Origin: Thermoplasmata archaeon
Lineage (GTDB): Archaea; Thermoplasmatota; Thermoplasmata; Lutacidiplasmatales; UBA184
Direction of reading: 5' to 3'
Assembly: GCA_052326485.1 (NCBI GenBank)
Contig: JBKQMS010000009.1
Location: forward strand, 8,206-72,205
Length of the DNA stretch: 64,000 nt
Shown: piece by piece, positions 26,118-35,449 of the stretch
Numbering within the stretch: position 1 is the first letter of the stretch
How the letters are laid out: each line of letters begins with the position of its first letter
Program-made: the position numbers and the translations under genes
Notes under the pieces: generated by a model
Database searches by the model: none
The model's input: only the letters and a program-made list of their open reading frames with translations
What the model was told of the DNA's origin: nothing

Positions 26118-26702
26118 ATGACGGACGAGGCGGGGACCCCGGCCCCCGGGGGACGCGGTGAGTCTCGGCCGCCTCCGGTCGAGCTGATCGACCTGCCGAC
26201 GGAGCAGCGGGAGCGGGCGGTCCCGGTGCTCAAGGACGGCTTTGTGGGGATCTACCGATGGCATGCCAAGCGGACCCTTCGGGGCGCGACCTGGGTGCGT
26301 GCCGCCCTCCTCCAGGGTGAAATCGTGGCCGTGTCGGTCCTGGAACGGCTCGACCCCGAGGTGGGGTACGTCTACTATCTCTCCACCGCCCTGTCCCACC
26401 GTCGGGAGGGCCTCGGAACGCTCCTCCTGGACGATGCGCTCGCCCTCTTCCGTCGGGAACGGGCTGTCGTGGCCTACGGGGCCGCGGAGGAGGAGAACGA
26501 GGCCTCGATCGCGCTCTTCCGCTCCCGAGGATTCCGACCCGTGGAACGGAAGGAGCTCAGCTTCCGGGAAGGGGGTCTGGGGGCGTGGGGTCTTCGGAGC
26601 CGCATGACCCTCGTGGGCGGAGAGGTTCTGATGGGGCTCCGACTCTCCTCGGCAGGACCGCAGGAAGCGACGGAAGGAACCGTCCCCGAACGACGGCGGT
26701 AG
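26118..26702 (+). CDS. GNAT family N-acetyltransferase
   Basis: Motif A region VYYLSTALSHRREGLGTLLL and FRSRGFRPV. ATG26118 follows AGGAGCGGAA. Confidence 0.8.
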   Translation: MTDEAGTPAPGGRGESRPPPVELIDLPTEQRERAVPVLKDGFVGIYRWHAKRTLRGATWVRAALLQGEIVAVSVLERLDPEVGYVYYLSTALSHRREGLGTLLLDDALALFRRERAVVAYGAAEEENEASIALFRSRGFRPVERKELSFREGGLGAWGLRSRMTLVGGEVLMGLRLSSAGPQEATEGTVPERRR

Positions 26703-26753
26703 GACGAATCCCGCGACCCTCGTCGATGACCGGAGGACGACGGCGAGCCGATG

Positions 26754-27374
26754 CTACTCCATCGGACGCATCGAACGTTCGTCCGGATGCCAGGCAAACC
26801 CCTTCCAGGGTGCCGGGATCTCCCAGTCGAAGGCGCTGATCGTCGTCAACAGGAACTCGCGCTGCACCCCAAGACGGGCCAGCTCGTCCCCGACGCGTGC
26901 CCGCCACCGCTCGGTCGCTTCCTCCACCGAGGAGGTCCCCAGGGGAGCCGGAAAATCCGGATAGATCACGAGCACGGTCAGCAGAGCTCCGGACTTGACG
27001 ACCGAGGGAAGGTCGTGCTCCACGATCGAATCGGTTGCCACTTTGACCTCCCGGATCGCGACCGCCGGCCGGTCCGGGATTCCGTGCCAGAACCACATCA
27101 GTTGCGGGAGGTCGGTCCCCCCGGTGGCCTGAACGAGACCGAAGTCCCGGGCGAGCGAGCCGAGGAACGCGGCGAACGTACGGTTCCATTCCTCGTACGT
27201 GTACTCGGGTCGGCTGGGGGGCGAGCTCCCGGGAGCCACCACGAATCGGCGATGGCGGTCGTAGAAGAGCCCGAGCGCGGTCCGTGGGTCGCCCGCCGAC
27301 TCATCGAACTGCGACCGGAACCGGGCGAGCCATTCCTTGGCGTAGATCACGTCCGAGGGGAGCTCTCCGTTCAT
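26754..27374 (-). CDS. Hypothetical protein, possible PD-(D/E)xK-like core
   Basis: Clean ORF with high third-position GC. The segment GIPDRPAVAIREVKV followed by a hydrophobic strand (ALLTVLVIYPD) is reminiscent of a nuclease-fold core. This is weak, and I recognise no family. Confidence 0.6.
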   Translation of the reverse strand: MNGELPSDVIYAKEWLARFRSQFDESAGDPRTALGLFYDRHRRFVVAPGSSPPSRPEYTYEEWNRTFAAFLGSLARDFGLVQATGGTDLPQLMWFWHGIPDRPAVAIREVKVATDSIVEHDLPSVVKSGALLTVLVIYPDFPAPLGTSSVEEATERWRARVGDELARLGVQREFLLTTISAFDWEIPAPWKGFAWHPDERSMRPME

Positions 27375-27545
27375 GGGGTTTTCTCGGGTCCTCCTACCCC
27401 GGTAATGTCCGTGCCCACCCTCGACATCGTTCGTAGAGGGCTTAGAACGGGGACTTTAGGCATTCGGTCCTCAGGAGACGGAACCTCTCCCTCGGTTTGC
27501 TGACCGATGGGCCGGTAGTCGGTCGACCTCGCGACCCTAATCGGT

Positions 27546-28250
27546 CTAGCCCACAGCCTTCTCGATTGCGGCGCCCGCTTCGAGGTACCAGGGAAGCTCC
27601 GCCGAGGTGAATGACGCGCCGGTCCGTAGGTCGCCCGACAGCAACCCCTTCTCGACCACGAGGTGGGCCTTTCGCCACTCCTCGGCGGAATCAACGTCCA
27701 GTCGCAGGACGATGTTGAAGCCGTGCCGTCCTTCGTAGGGAGGCGGGATGGACGTGGTGATCATCGAGAAGCCGTTCCGGGGGAATACGTCCGTGTACGC
27801 GCGAAGGCGCTCCGGGTCGGCCGGATAGAACTGACGGACCCGGTTCGTGTTCGCGACGACGACGACCTGAGGCCTAGGCGAGACCTGGTCCACGTCGAGT
27901 ATTCGTTGGAGTCGTGTCGGTAGGAGGAAGAAGTGGTCGAGCGCGGTTCGCTCCGCAGCCGTTCCCTCGGGGCGGATCAGGGATTCGAACGTTTCCTTCG
28001 GGATTCGGGGTTCGGTCACGAACTCGGCGTCCGTGAACGGGGCAAGAATCCGGGTTTCAGGCAGGAGGCGGTGGACCCAGGCCTCCTCGACCGAGGGTTC
28101 CGTCGCCAACTCCCGGATGGTCATCCATCGGAACGACGGGTCGACGAACTTGGCGATGGCGAACGCCAGGACATGGCCCGCTCGACGGCTCCGGCTCCAT
28201 ACGTAGTAGGAGAAGGGGGTGGTGCGGAACTCTTGGGGAAGGTCGACCAT
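27546..28250 (-). CDS. Degenerate KaiC/RecA-like protein lacking Walker A (paralog of 21081..21968)
   Basis: See 21081..21968 for the alignment. The P-loop position reads VWSRSRRAGH and the Walker-B-like strand reads VVVVAN. TATA-like GGTTTATCG lies on the minus strand at plus-strand coordinates 28296-28304. Confidence 0.65.
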   Translation of the reverse strand: MVDLPQEFRTTPFSYYVWSRSRRAGHVLAFAIAKFVDPSFRWMTIRELATEPSVEEAWVHRLLPETRILAPFTDAEFVTEPRIPKETFESLIRPEGTAAERTALDHFFLLPTRLQRILDVDQVSPRPQVVVVANTNRVRQFYPADPERLRAYTDVFPRNGFSMITTSIPPPYEGRHGFNIVLRLDVDSAEEWRKAHLVVEKGLLSGDLRTGASFTSAELPWYLEAGAAIEKAVG

Positions 28251-28465
28251 CGTACCCGGTGCGGGTCAAACCTCGTACTTCATCGACGGTCCGCACGATA
28301 AACCTGGTAGGTCTTGCCGCTCACCCAGCCGGCTGGGGCGAGAGGCTTCGTGAAGGGTCCCCGGGCGACCGGAGGACGTACCCTGCTGCCCCGGACCTCA
28401 TTCGCACCGCGCGCGGACGTTCTTGCCCCGCGGAGAGGGGCGTGTCGAGCGGGTTTGACGGGGGG

Positions 28466-28471
28466 TTTATT
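28466..28471 (+). promoter_or_regulatory. TATA box for asnA (leaderless-type spacing)
   Basis: GGGGGTTTATTCG, with TTTATT ending 24 nt upstream of ATG28496. Confidence 0.5.
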
Positions 28472-28495
28472 CGCGCGCACTCCGCCCCGTCGGCA

Positions 28496-29644
28496 ATGTC
28501 TGTCACGGACGTCGCCCAGGACAAGAGGGCCGACCTCGCTGGCCCGGGGATCGGCACGTACGAAGAGGTCGACCGGGTGCTGCCCGGAGATTACGAACCG
28601 CTTCTCTCTCCTCGTCTCACCCAGCATGCGATCTACGCCGTGAAGAACTACATCGAGGAGCACCTGTGCAAGGAGCTCAACCTGATGATGGTCCAGGTGC
28701 CGCTCATCGTGGAGAGCGAGAGCGGCGTCAACGACATGCTCGACCGGGACGGCTCCCGAACGCCCGTCCAGTTCCACATCTCGAACGACCGCGACCTGCA
28801 CCCGGTGGACGCCCAGGTCGTCCAGGCGGCGACGAAGTGGAAGCGGATGGCCCTCAAGCAGTTCGACCTTGAGTCGGGCGAGGGGCTCCTTACCGACATG
28901 CGGGCCGTCCGGAAGGATTACTTCCTGGACCACGACCACAGCGCCTACGTCGACCAGTGGGACTGGGAGAAGGCGATTACGGTCGAGGACCGGAACCTCG
29001 ACTACCTCAAGGACACCGTCCGCCGCATTTGGAAGGTGATTACGGGCGCGCAGAAGCACGTCCAGCGGCTCTTCCCGCAGCTGAAGGACCCGCGCTACCC
29101 GAACCTGCCGGACGAGATCCACTTCCTGCACGCGGAGGACCTCCTGGACGCTTACCCGGACCTCCCGCGCAAGCAGCGCGAGACCGCGATCCTGCAGAAG
29201 CACCCGGCGGTGTTCCTGATCGGGATCGGCTGGCCGCTCAAGGACGGGTTCCCTCACGAGATGCGCGCCGCCGACTACGATGACTGGGTCACCGAGACCC
29301 GCTCGGAGGATGGACGCCCCATGCACGGCCTCAACGGGGACATCCTCACGTGGAACCCCGTTACCCGGCGCCGCCACGAGCTCATGTCCGGGGGGATCCG
29401 GGTGACCGCGGAGACCCTCCGCCGACAGCTCACGATGTCGGGCCAGCTCGATTTCCTCAAGTTCCCGTACCATCAGGCGATCCTGAACGGCCAGATCCCG
29501 CTCAGTATCGGTAGTGGCATCGGACAGGGCCGGACACAGATGCTCCTCCTCCGCAAGGCCCACATCGGAGAGGTCACCGTCACGGTCTGGCCGAAGAAGC
29601 TGCGAGAGATCAGCGCGCGGCACAACATCCACGTGCTGACGTAA
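28496..29644 (+). CDS. asnA: Aspartate--ammonia ligase (asparagine synthetase A)
   Basis: Aligns with my recollection of E. coli AsnA: VDQWDWEK, IHFLHAEDLL..YPDL, GLNGDILTWNP, GIGQGRTQMLLL. Confidence 0.9.
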   Translation: MSVTDVAQDKRADLAGPGIGTYEEVDRVLPGDYEPLLSPRLTQHAIYAVKNYIEEHLCKELNLMMVQVPLIVESESGVNDMLDRDGSRTPVQFHISNDRDLHPVDAQVVQAATKWKRMALKQFDLESGEGLLTDMRAVRKDYFLDHDHSAYVDQWDWEKAITVEDRNLDYLKDTVRRIWKVITGAQKHVQRLFPQLKDPRYPNLPDEIHFLHAEDLLDAYPDLPRKQRETAILQKHPAVFLIGIGWPLKDGFPHEMRAADYDDWVTETRSEDGRPMHGLNGDILTWNPVTRRRHELMSGGIRVTAETLRRQLTMSGQLDFLKFPYHQAILNGQIPLSIGSGIGQGRTQMLLLRKAHIGEVTVTVWPKKLREISARHNIHVLT

Positions 29645-29752
29645 GCGGCCCCGCCTGGGGGACACGATTTCCCTCACGCCACCTGCTGAGCCCCGGTTCT
29701 TGCCGCCCTGAACCGTTATCAGGACCCGCGGGCCATTCCGTCGGGAACGGCC

Positions 29753-30460
29753 ATGGGGATCCCGGGTGCGACCGTCGAGCGGCTCCTCCGGGAGGGAGAC
29801 GAACACCGTTGCGAGGGTCCCCCCGACAACTGCGTGCGGGTCCGGGCCCTCGCGAAACTACCCACTCGCTTTGGCGAGTACCAGGCCGTGGCGTTCGAGA
29901 ACTGCCTCGACCGGCAGGACCACGCCGCGTTCGTCCACGGGGACGTGTTCGAGCAGGAGGACGTCCCCGTTCGGGTGCACTCGGAGTGCCTCACGGGGGA
30001 CGCGATCGGCTCGCTGCGGTGCGACTGCCGCGACCAGCTCCTCGAATCGCTCTCGCGCATCGGGCGGATGGAGCGCGGGATCGTACTCTACCTCCGTCAG
30101 GAGGGCCGCGGCATCGGCTTCGTCAACAAGATCCGCGCCTACCAGCTCCAGGACTCCGGCTACGACACCGTTCAGGCGAACGAGCTGCTCGGCTTCCGCC
30201 CCGACGAGCGCGACTACGAGATCGCGGCCCACATGCTCTCGGCGCTCCACGTCCGCTCGATCCAGATCCTGACGAACAACCCGGTGAAGGTCCAGGAGCT
30301 CGAGCGGCACGGGGTTCGGATCAGCGGGCGGATCCCGGTCGAGATCCCGCCGAACGAGATCAACCGACCCTATCTCGAGACCAAACGCGACCGGATGGGC
30401 CACCTGATCGTGGTCGAGCAGGAAGACGACCTCTCGGGGTACGGGACGTCGTCGAAGTAA
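29753..30460 (+). CDS. ribA: GTP cyclohydrolase II
   Basis: Zinc site VRVHSECLTGDAIGSLRCDCRDQL, then LYLRQEGRGIG and LTNNPVK. Confidence 0.9.
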   Translation: MGIPGATVERLLREGDEHRCEGPPDNCVRVRALAKLPTRFGEYQAVAFENCLDRQDHAAFVHGDVFEQEDVPVRVHSECLTGDAIGSLRCDCRDQLLESLSRIGRMERGIVLYLRQEGRGIGFVNKIRAYQLQDSGYDTVQANELLGFRPDERDYEIAAHMLSALHVRSIQILTNNPVKVQELERHGVRISGRIPVEIPPNEINRPYLETKRDRMGHLIVVEQEDDLSGYGTSSK

Positions 30461-30530
30461 GTGGGCCCTGAGTCGGCGGTTTGAGTGCCGAGAGCCCCTG
30501 CTCTTCTCGAGCGATAGAAAACAAGAGTCA

Positions 30531-30553
30531 CCCCGGGCCGGTCCGGCCCGGGG
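30531..30553. terminator. Perfect GC palindrome between convergent ribA and the giant surface-protein gene
   Basis: CCCCGGGCCGG-T-CCGGCCCGGGG gives a stem of at least 9 bp. It lies in the 128-nt convergent gap, so it is a candidate bidirectional terminator or RNA-stabilising hairpin. Confidence 0.45.
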
Positions 30554-30588
30554 GAGAGGAAAGGGTTGCTTCGTTCGTCCGATGGGGC

Positions 30589-33500
30589 CTAGCTCGGCGG
30601 CGATCCCCCGGCGGGCGGTCCCTCGCTCCAGCTTCCGGCCTCACCCGAGGCCGGGGGGGTCGTCGTGGTGCTCCCCGCGGGCGGTGTCCAAGCCTGCGCC
30701 GGTGCCGACGTCGCCGCTGGCTCGCGGCGGCGGTGCAGAAGCACGGCCAGGAGAGCGATCACGAGCGCGATCACCGCGATCGCAATCAGCACCGCGAACC
30801 ACGTGTTGAACGTGTCCGTCGAGACGTACGACGTGGTCGTGCTGGGGGAGTACGTGGTCGCGAGGCTCATCGGGGCGCTCACCACGGTCAACGAGCCACT
30901 CGCTCCCGTGCTGGGGAGGTTGTAGCCACTCACGTTGTTGAACGCGTAGGTGTACGTCCCGGCCGTCAGGTAGAACACGAGCGATGTGCCCGCTGTCGAC
31001 TGGGTGTTCCCGTTGACGGTCGCGGACCAGGTGGTGTCCGCCGAAAGCCCGCCCGCGCTCAGCGTCACCGCGTAGACCAGGGCCGAGAACGCGACCGACA
31101 CATTGTAGGTCGCGCCCGTGACCGTCACGCTGCCGCTTGACGGGGTCGAGGCCCATCCCGAGATCGAGCCCACACCATAGGTGTAGGTGCCCATCGTCTC
31201 TGAGAACGAAATCACCGCGGTCGTCGCGCTTTGCGTCATGCCGCCCAGCGTCACCGACCAGGTCGTTCCCGTGGCCAGACCGGTCGCCACGAAGTTGACG
31301 GTGAACGTCTCCTGGGGTCCGATCGGGAAGAGGTCCTCCGAGAATCCCGAGACGACGTACGGCGCGAGATACCCGTTCGCCCCGTAGGTGTGCCAGTCCG
31401 ACCAGTAGTTCCCGACGCCCGTCGTGCAGTACTCGTTCGTGCAGACGTAGAAGTAGTCCGCGTCGTCGCCCTCGCTCGAGTACGCCTGGATGTGCGCCGG
31501 GCTGAACGTGCCCGTGGCCCCGTTGTTCCCGATGAAGTTGTTCATCGTGAACGTGTTATCGCCACCGTAGAGGACGGCGACCCCGTAGCTCGTGTCGTCG
31601 ACGAACGAGCTGCCCGTGACGTAGTTCCCGTACGCGTCGTCGCTCATCACGAGCCCGACATAGTCCAGGTACGCGCCGATGCCGTTGAAGTACCCGTTGT
31701 AGGTGCCGTTCAGAACGACCGCGTACTGACCACTGGTGCCGTTGATGTTGCTCACCTGAATGCCCGCGGAGCCATAGTCAAAGAACGCCGCACCGTAGGT
31801 CGTGGCGGTCACGTCCGAGACGATCGTTGCCTCAGTAAAGGAGGTCACGACCGCGGCGTTCGGCAGGCCCGTGGTCGGAGTGTAGAGGGGGGTCAGGCTG
31901 GTGGCCGACGCGGTGACGTCACTCACGGTCACGAAGGTCGAATCCTCGACGAAGACGGCCGTGCTGGTGCCGCCCGTGGCCGAGGCGCCCGTGTCGGTGA
32001 TCTGGCTGCTCGACTCATCGATCCAGTCGCCGACCGAGTAGTCCGTGGCCGCCGTCCCGGTCAGGGTCACGTCCAGCGAGTCCTGCACAACCGCTCCGGA
32101 GGCGTTGTCGTTCGCCGTCACACCGGAGACGGTGATGTCCACGGAGGAGACGAGCGCGACTCCGGAGGAATGGTCGGACGCGGCGACGCCGGCGATGGTC
32201 GCACTGGTAAAGCCCGCGAGTTCAACTCCGATCGAATCCTCGTTCGCGGTGACGCCGGTGATCATCGCCCCGGTACCGTCAACCAGCTCGACCGCTGGAC
32301 CATAGATGTAGTCCGTCGCCAAGATGTTCGTAGCCGTGACGGTGGTAGCTGCTTCCGCGAACACGGCGACCGTGCCGTAGCCGATAATGGTCGTGAGCGT
32401 GGTCATCACCGCACCGTCCAGGAACGCGCCGGCCTCTTCGGCCAAGGTTGCGTTCAGATACGTGAACGCAGTCTGGAACGCGTCCTCGATGTAGACACCG
32501 TACTCAACATCCGTGATGTTGGTGTACGTGAAGGTGACGTTGCTCACCAATCCGATGTCGTAGCCGTACTCAGCGTCGTCTACGGTGAGGTTGAACGAGG
32601 TCAGGTAATTGAGGTCGAACCCATAGACTCCGGCTTCGTCGTCCAGGATCAAGGTGTTGGTGAACGTCGTGTTCTGAGCACCCTCGAGGAACGCGCCTTC
32701 CACCGTCTCCGTCGCGACGAAGTTCGTGATGTTCGTATAGTCCGAACCGAACAGGACGACCCCGTACGCGTAATCGAACGAACCGAAGACGAAGACGTTG
32801 GTGATCGTCGTCGCAAAGCTGCTGACCCCAAAGACCCCGTCCGCGACTCCGATCGAGCCGTAGTACGCCGTGGTGTCGTTGATCGAAGTGTCGGTGGCCC
32901 CGTACAGGAGAGATCCGATCGAGAAGTAGTCAATGCTCTCCGAAGAGACGTTGGTAGAGAAGCCCTCCGACTGAACATCGTTGACGACCGCCCCCGTTCC
33001 GCCGAAGTCGGCGAACCCGACTCCGCCGTACTCGGCGATGATGTCCGTGAACGTCCCGCCGATGCTCCCAGCGTCGTAGACCCCGAAGGGCGTCTGGTTC
33101 GACCACCCTTCATCGTTGTACCAGTACACGCTGAATAGTGACTCCACGTACTGGACGGTCGCGTCGTTCGAGCCGGCGAGGGAGACCGCGTTCGCACCGA
33201 AGGCCGATTCCCCGTTGAGGAACGTCACCCCGGGCGAGCCGGCGATCCACGCGCCGTACGACCCGTCGATAGACAGGGTTTCGTTGATGACGGCTCCCGG
33301 CGTGTTCCAGAGCACCATCGCCCCGCCCGCGGGGTTCAGGTTGTAGTACCCGGAGGGGTCCAGCGGAGACCCGCCGAAGTAGCCCTGGACCTCTTGGCCG
33401 TACACCTGCACGTGCGGGTCCGAGTAGAAGGCGATCAGCTGGCCGTACTGCGGCAGGTCGTTCGTCAACGCCGGAGCAATCCCGAGCAGTGTCGAGGGGG

Positions 33501-35427
33501 AGTGGATTGGAGGCCCGTCCAGATAGTAGTTATTGGCCGCTCCGAGGCTGTCGCCCTGATACATACTGGTGACGTTAATGACGTCGGTGACGCCGGTCGC
33601 CTGGAAGAGATTGAACGATACAAAGCCCCAGTCGTTCAGGTGGTCGAAGAAGAGGGCGTCGTAGAATGCCCCATCGGTACCCGACAAGAGGTTGAGGTTG
33701 CTGAAGACGAGCGGGCCGCTGGTCCATCCTGTGAGGACGGCGGCAGCGGCCTCGGCCTGAGCGTTCCCGTTGAGGTAGAGGGGCTCCGTAGACTGACCCG
33801 CGCTCAGCGCTAGTGTCAACGCCGCCCCGGTCGTCGTGGCGGTGAAAGTCGTCTGGTCACGCGCGTAGCCATCCGCTACGCCCCACGCATAGTAGGTCCC
33901 TGCGCTGGGGAACACACCGTTCACCGGTGGCAAGTACGTGTTGAACCCACCGGTGGAGTCGGTCGGCAGGTAGGACTGGTTGAAGTACGGACCGCCATCG
34001 CCGACGAAGACGAAGGCCCAGTTGGGAGAGACCGTTCCTTGGTAGTGGATCGAACCGGAGGCCACCCGCACCTGAGGCGCTGAGTTCCACAGACCATACA
34101 GGAACGATGGTCCCGTCTGGAGATGCACGATCCCGCCCGGGCTCCAGGTCTCGGCCACACCGATCGCGGTCTCGCCGGTGTCCCCGCCGAAGTCATAGGC
34201 AGCCGGTACGGACTTCCAGCCCCCGCTCGACTGGTTCGAGTACTGGAGGGTCTCGGTCCCGTTGATGCTGTTGAAGACGGCGTTCGACCCGCCGCCGGGC
34301 CCACCGAAGATGAGCTCCGCGTCGTAGTCTAGCCCGAGGGGAGTCGTGTATGTGCCGCTGACCTGGAAGTTGGGCGCGAACTGCGGGTTCATCGGGGCCC
34401 AGACGTTGTTGAAGACCACGGTGTCGTAGATCCCCTGGAAGACGCCCCTGGAGTCCACGACCCGGTACCCGAACGTCACCTGGTCCATGTGGTTGACGAC
34501 GCTGACGTTGTTGTAGAGGTTGATCGTGACCGGGAAGGTGAGCGGGAACGAAGGCCCGTAGTCGTAGTAGAACGTGGGCTCCACGTAGGTTCCGTTGCCG
34601 GAAAGGATCGAGCCGGGGAGCAGGTCGCCGGCCGAGAAGTTCCAGACGTTGTTCTCGAATTGAATCCAGTTACCGTTGATCGTCACCACGTTCTGCGTCC
34701 AGAACGAGGTCTGGTTGTTCCCCGGGGTCTGGATGTTCGAGGTGACCGTGTTGAGTTGGATGCCGACATAGTACGGCGAATTGTACGAACCGCCCGTGGC
34801 CCCGGGCGGTGTGATGAAGTAGTACGCACCGGGGTAGGTGCCGTTCGCCGCGTTCAACGTCATGGACCCCGCGAAGTGCGTGGTGTTGTAGGCGTAGGGA
34901 GTCACGCCTAGTCCGAAGTCGCCGATCCCCATGGGGGCAGGATTGGCGGTGTAGCCCACGCCCACGGATTGACCGGGCGTGTGGGGTCCCGACGAGAGAA
35001 GATTGAGGTTCGGAAGGTAGACCGATGAGGGGGAGACCTGCCCTGCGGCGATCTTGGCGGCGAGGGAGTTGAGCGAGGCGCTGAGCCCGCTACCGGACTT
35101 CGAGGCAGCCTGACTGAGGGCCTTGGCGTACTGCTGAGGAGTGGATGCCGTGCCGAGGGAAGGTAGAGAGGAGGCTTGGGCAAAACTGTTCTTCACACTG
35201 GGCGATGAGGAGGAGCTGTGCGATAGGGCATTCATTCCGGTCGACGGGGTGGCCGCGGCGGCATGGGCCGGAGCCGAGCCGTGTCCGGCAGCAGCTCCCG
35301 ACGAGGAGACCGGTGCGGCGTTGGCGGCCCCAAGCAGGGCGCCCGCCGGCAGGACCATGAACGCGCAGACGACGAATACGATCGGCAACAGCCAGAGTGC
35401 TCTTCGGCCCGATGGCAACGGCGACAT
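30589..35427 (-). CDS. Giant (1612 aa) surface protein: signal peptide, thermopsin-like (peptidase A5) region, parallel beta-helix repeats, two Ig-like repeats, S/T stalk, C-terminal TM anchor
   Basis: Contains an N-terminal signal/TM segment (ALWLLPIVFVVCAFMVLPAG). Thermopsin-like blocks as I recall them follow (NPAPMGIGDFG, VGIQLN, WTQNV, FGGPGGGS, FGGDTGETA). After a long repeat region with ~20-25 aa periodicity, the C-terminus has WFAVLIAIAVIALVIALLAVLL followed by HRRR. There are many N-x-S/T sequons. Confidence 0.9.
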   Translation of the reverse strand: MSPLPSGRRALWLLPIVFVVCAFMVLPAGALLGAANAAPVSSSGAAAGHGSAPAHAAAATPSTGMNALSHSSSSSPSVKNSFAQASSLPSLGTASTPQQYAKALSQAASKSGSGLSASLNSLAAKIAAGQVSPSSVYLPNLNLLSSGPHTPGQSVGVGYTANPAPMGIGDFGLGVTPYAYNTTHFAGSMTLNAANGTYPGAYYFITPPGATGGSYNSPYYVGIQLNTVTSNIQTPGNNQTSFWTQNVVTINGNWIQFENNVWNFSAGDLLPGSILSGNGTYVEPTFYYDYGPSFPLTFPVTINLYNNVSVVNHMDQVTFGYRVVDSRGVFQGIYDTVVFNNVWAPMNPQFAPNFQVSGTYTTPLGLDYDAELIFGGPGGGSNAVFNSINGTETLQYSNQSSGGWKSVPAAYDFGGDTGETAIGVAETWSPGGIVHLQTGPSFLYGLWNSAPQVRVASGSIHYQGTVSPNWAFVFVGDGGPYFNQSYLPTDSTGGFNTYLPPVNGVFPSAGTYYAWGVADGYARDQTTFTATTTGAALTLALSAGQSTEPLYLNGNAQAEAAAAVLTGWTSGPLVFSNLNLLSGTDGAFYDALFFDHLNDWGFVSFNLFQATGVTDVINVTSMYQGDSLGAANNYYLDGPPIHSPSTLLGIAPALTNDLPQYGQLIAFYSDPHVQVYGQEVQGYFGGSPLDPSGYYNLNPAGGAMVLWNTPGAVINETLSIDGSYGAWIAGSPGVTFLNGESAFGANAVSLAGSNDATVQYVESLFSVYWYNDEGWSNQTPFGVYDAGSIGGTFTDIIAEYGGVGFADFGGTGAVVNDVQSEGFSTNVSSESIDYFSIGSLLYGATDTSINDTTAYYGSIGVADGVFGVSSFATTITNVFVFGSFDYAYGVVLFGSDYTNITNFVATETVEGAFLEGAQNTTFTNTLILDDEAGVYGFDLNYLTSFNLTVDDAEYGYDIGLVSNVTFTYTNITDVEYGVYIEDAFQTAFTYLNATLAEEAGAFLDGAVMTTLTTIIGYGTVAVFAEAATTVTATNILATDYIYGPAVELVDGTGAMITGVTANEDSIGVELAGFTSATIAGVAASDHSSGVALVSSVDITVSGVTANDNASGAVVQDSLDVTLTGTAATDYSVGDWIDESSSQITDTGASATGGTSTAVFVEDSTFVTVSDVTASATSLTPLYTPTTGLPNAAVVTSFTEATIVSDVTATTYGAAFFDYGSAGIQVSNINGTSGQYAVVLNGTYNGYFNGIGAYLDYVGLVMSDDAYGNYVTGSSFVDDTSYGVAVLYGGDNTFTMNNFIGNNGATGTFSPAHIQAYSSEGDDADYFYVCTNEYCTTGVGNYWSDWHTYGANGYLAPYVVSGFSEDLFPIGPQETFTVNFVATGLATGTTWSVTLGGMTQSATTAVISFSETMGTYTYGVGSISGWASTPSSGSVTVTGATYNVSVAFSALVYAVTLSAGGLSADTTWSATVNGNTQSTAGTSLVFYLTAGTYTYAFNNVSGYNLPSTGASGSLTVVSAPMSLATTYSPSTTTSYVSTDTFNTWFAVLIAIAVIALVIALLAVLLHRRREPAATSAPAQAWTPPAGSTTTTPPASGEAGSWSEGPPAGGSPPS
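30850..31305 (-). repeat. Two tandem ~75-aa beta-sandwich-type repeats in the giant protein
   Basis: FTVNFVATGLATGTTWSVTLGGMTQS...GTYTYGVGSISGW compares with YAVTLSAGGLSADTTWSATVNGNTQS...GTYTYAFNNVSGY. Confidence 0.6.
31393..33330 (-). repeat. Parallel beta-helix (PbH1/NosD-like) periodic repeat region of the giant protein
   Basis: Roughly 20-25 aa periodicity of the form xVxxVxAxxxxxGhxhxxxxxhTh, ending in NNFIGNNG (aa ~700-1345). Confidence 0.5.
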
Positions 35428-35449
35428 AGCGGACGGCGAGGAGGCATGG

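Noticed and set aside
28280-29806. 508-aa minus-strand ORF.
   Set aside because: It is antisense to asnA, which aligns convincingly with E. coli AsnA. The translation is low-complexity and R/V/L/D-rich.
31231-33138. 635-aa plus-strand ORF inside the giant gene, along with other long plus-strand ORFs at 30481-35457.
   Set aside because: It is antisense to the 1612-aa surface protein, which has coherent signal peptide, domain and TM logic. The plus-frame products are R/G/D/V-rich junk.
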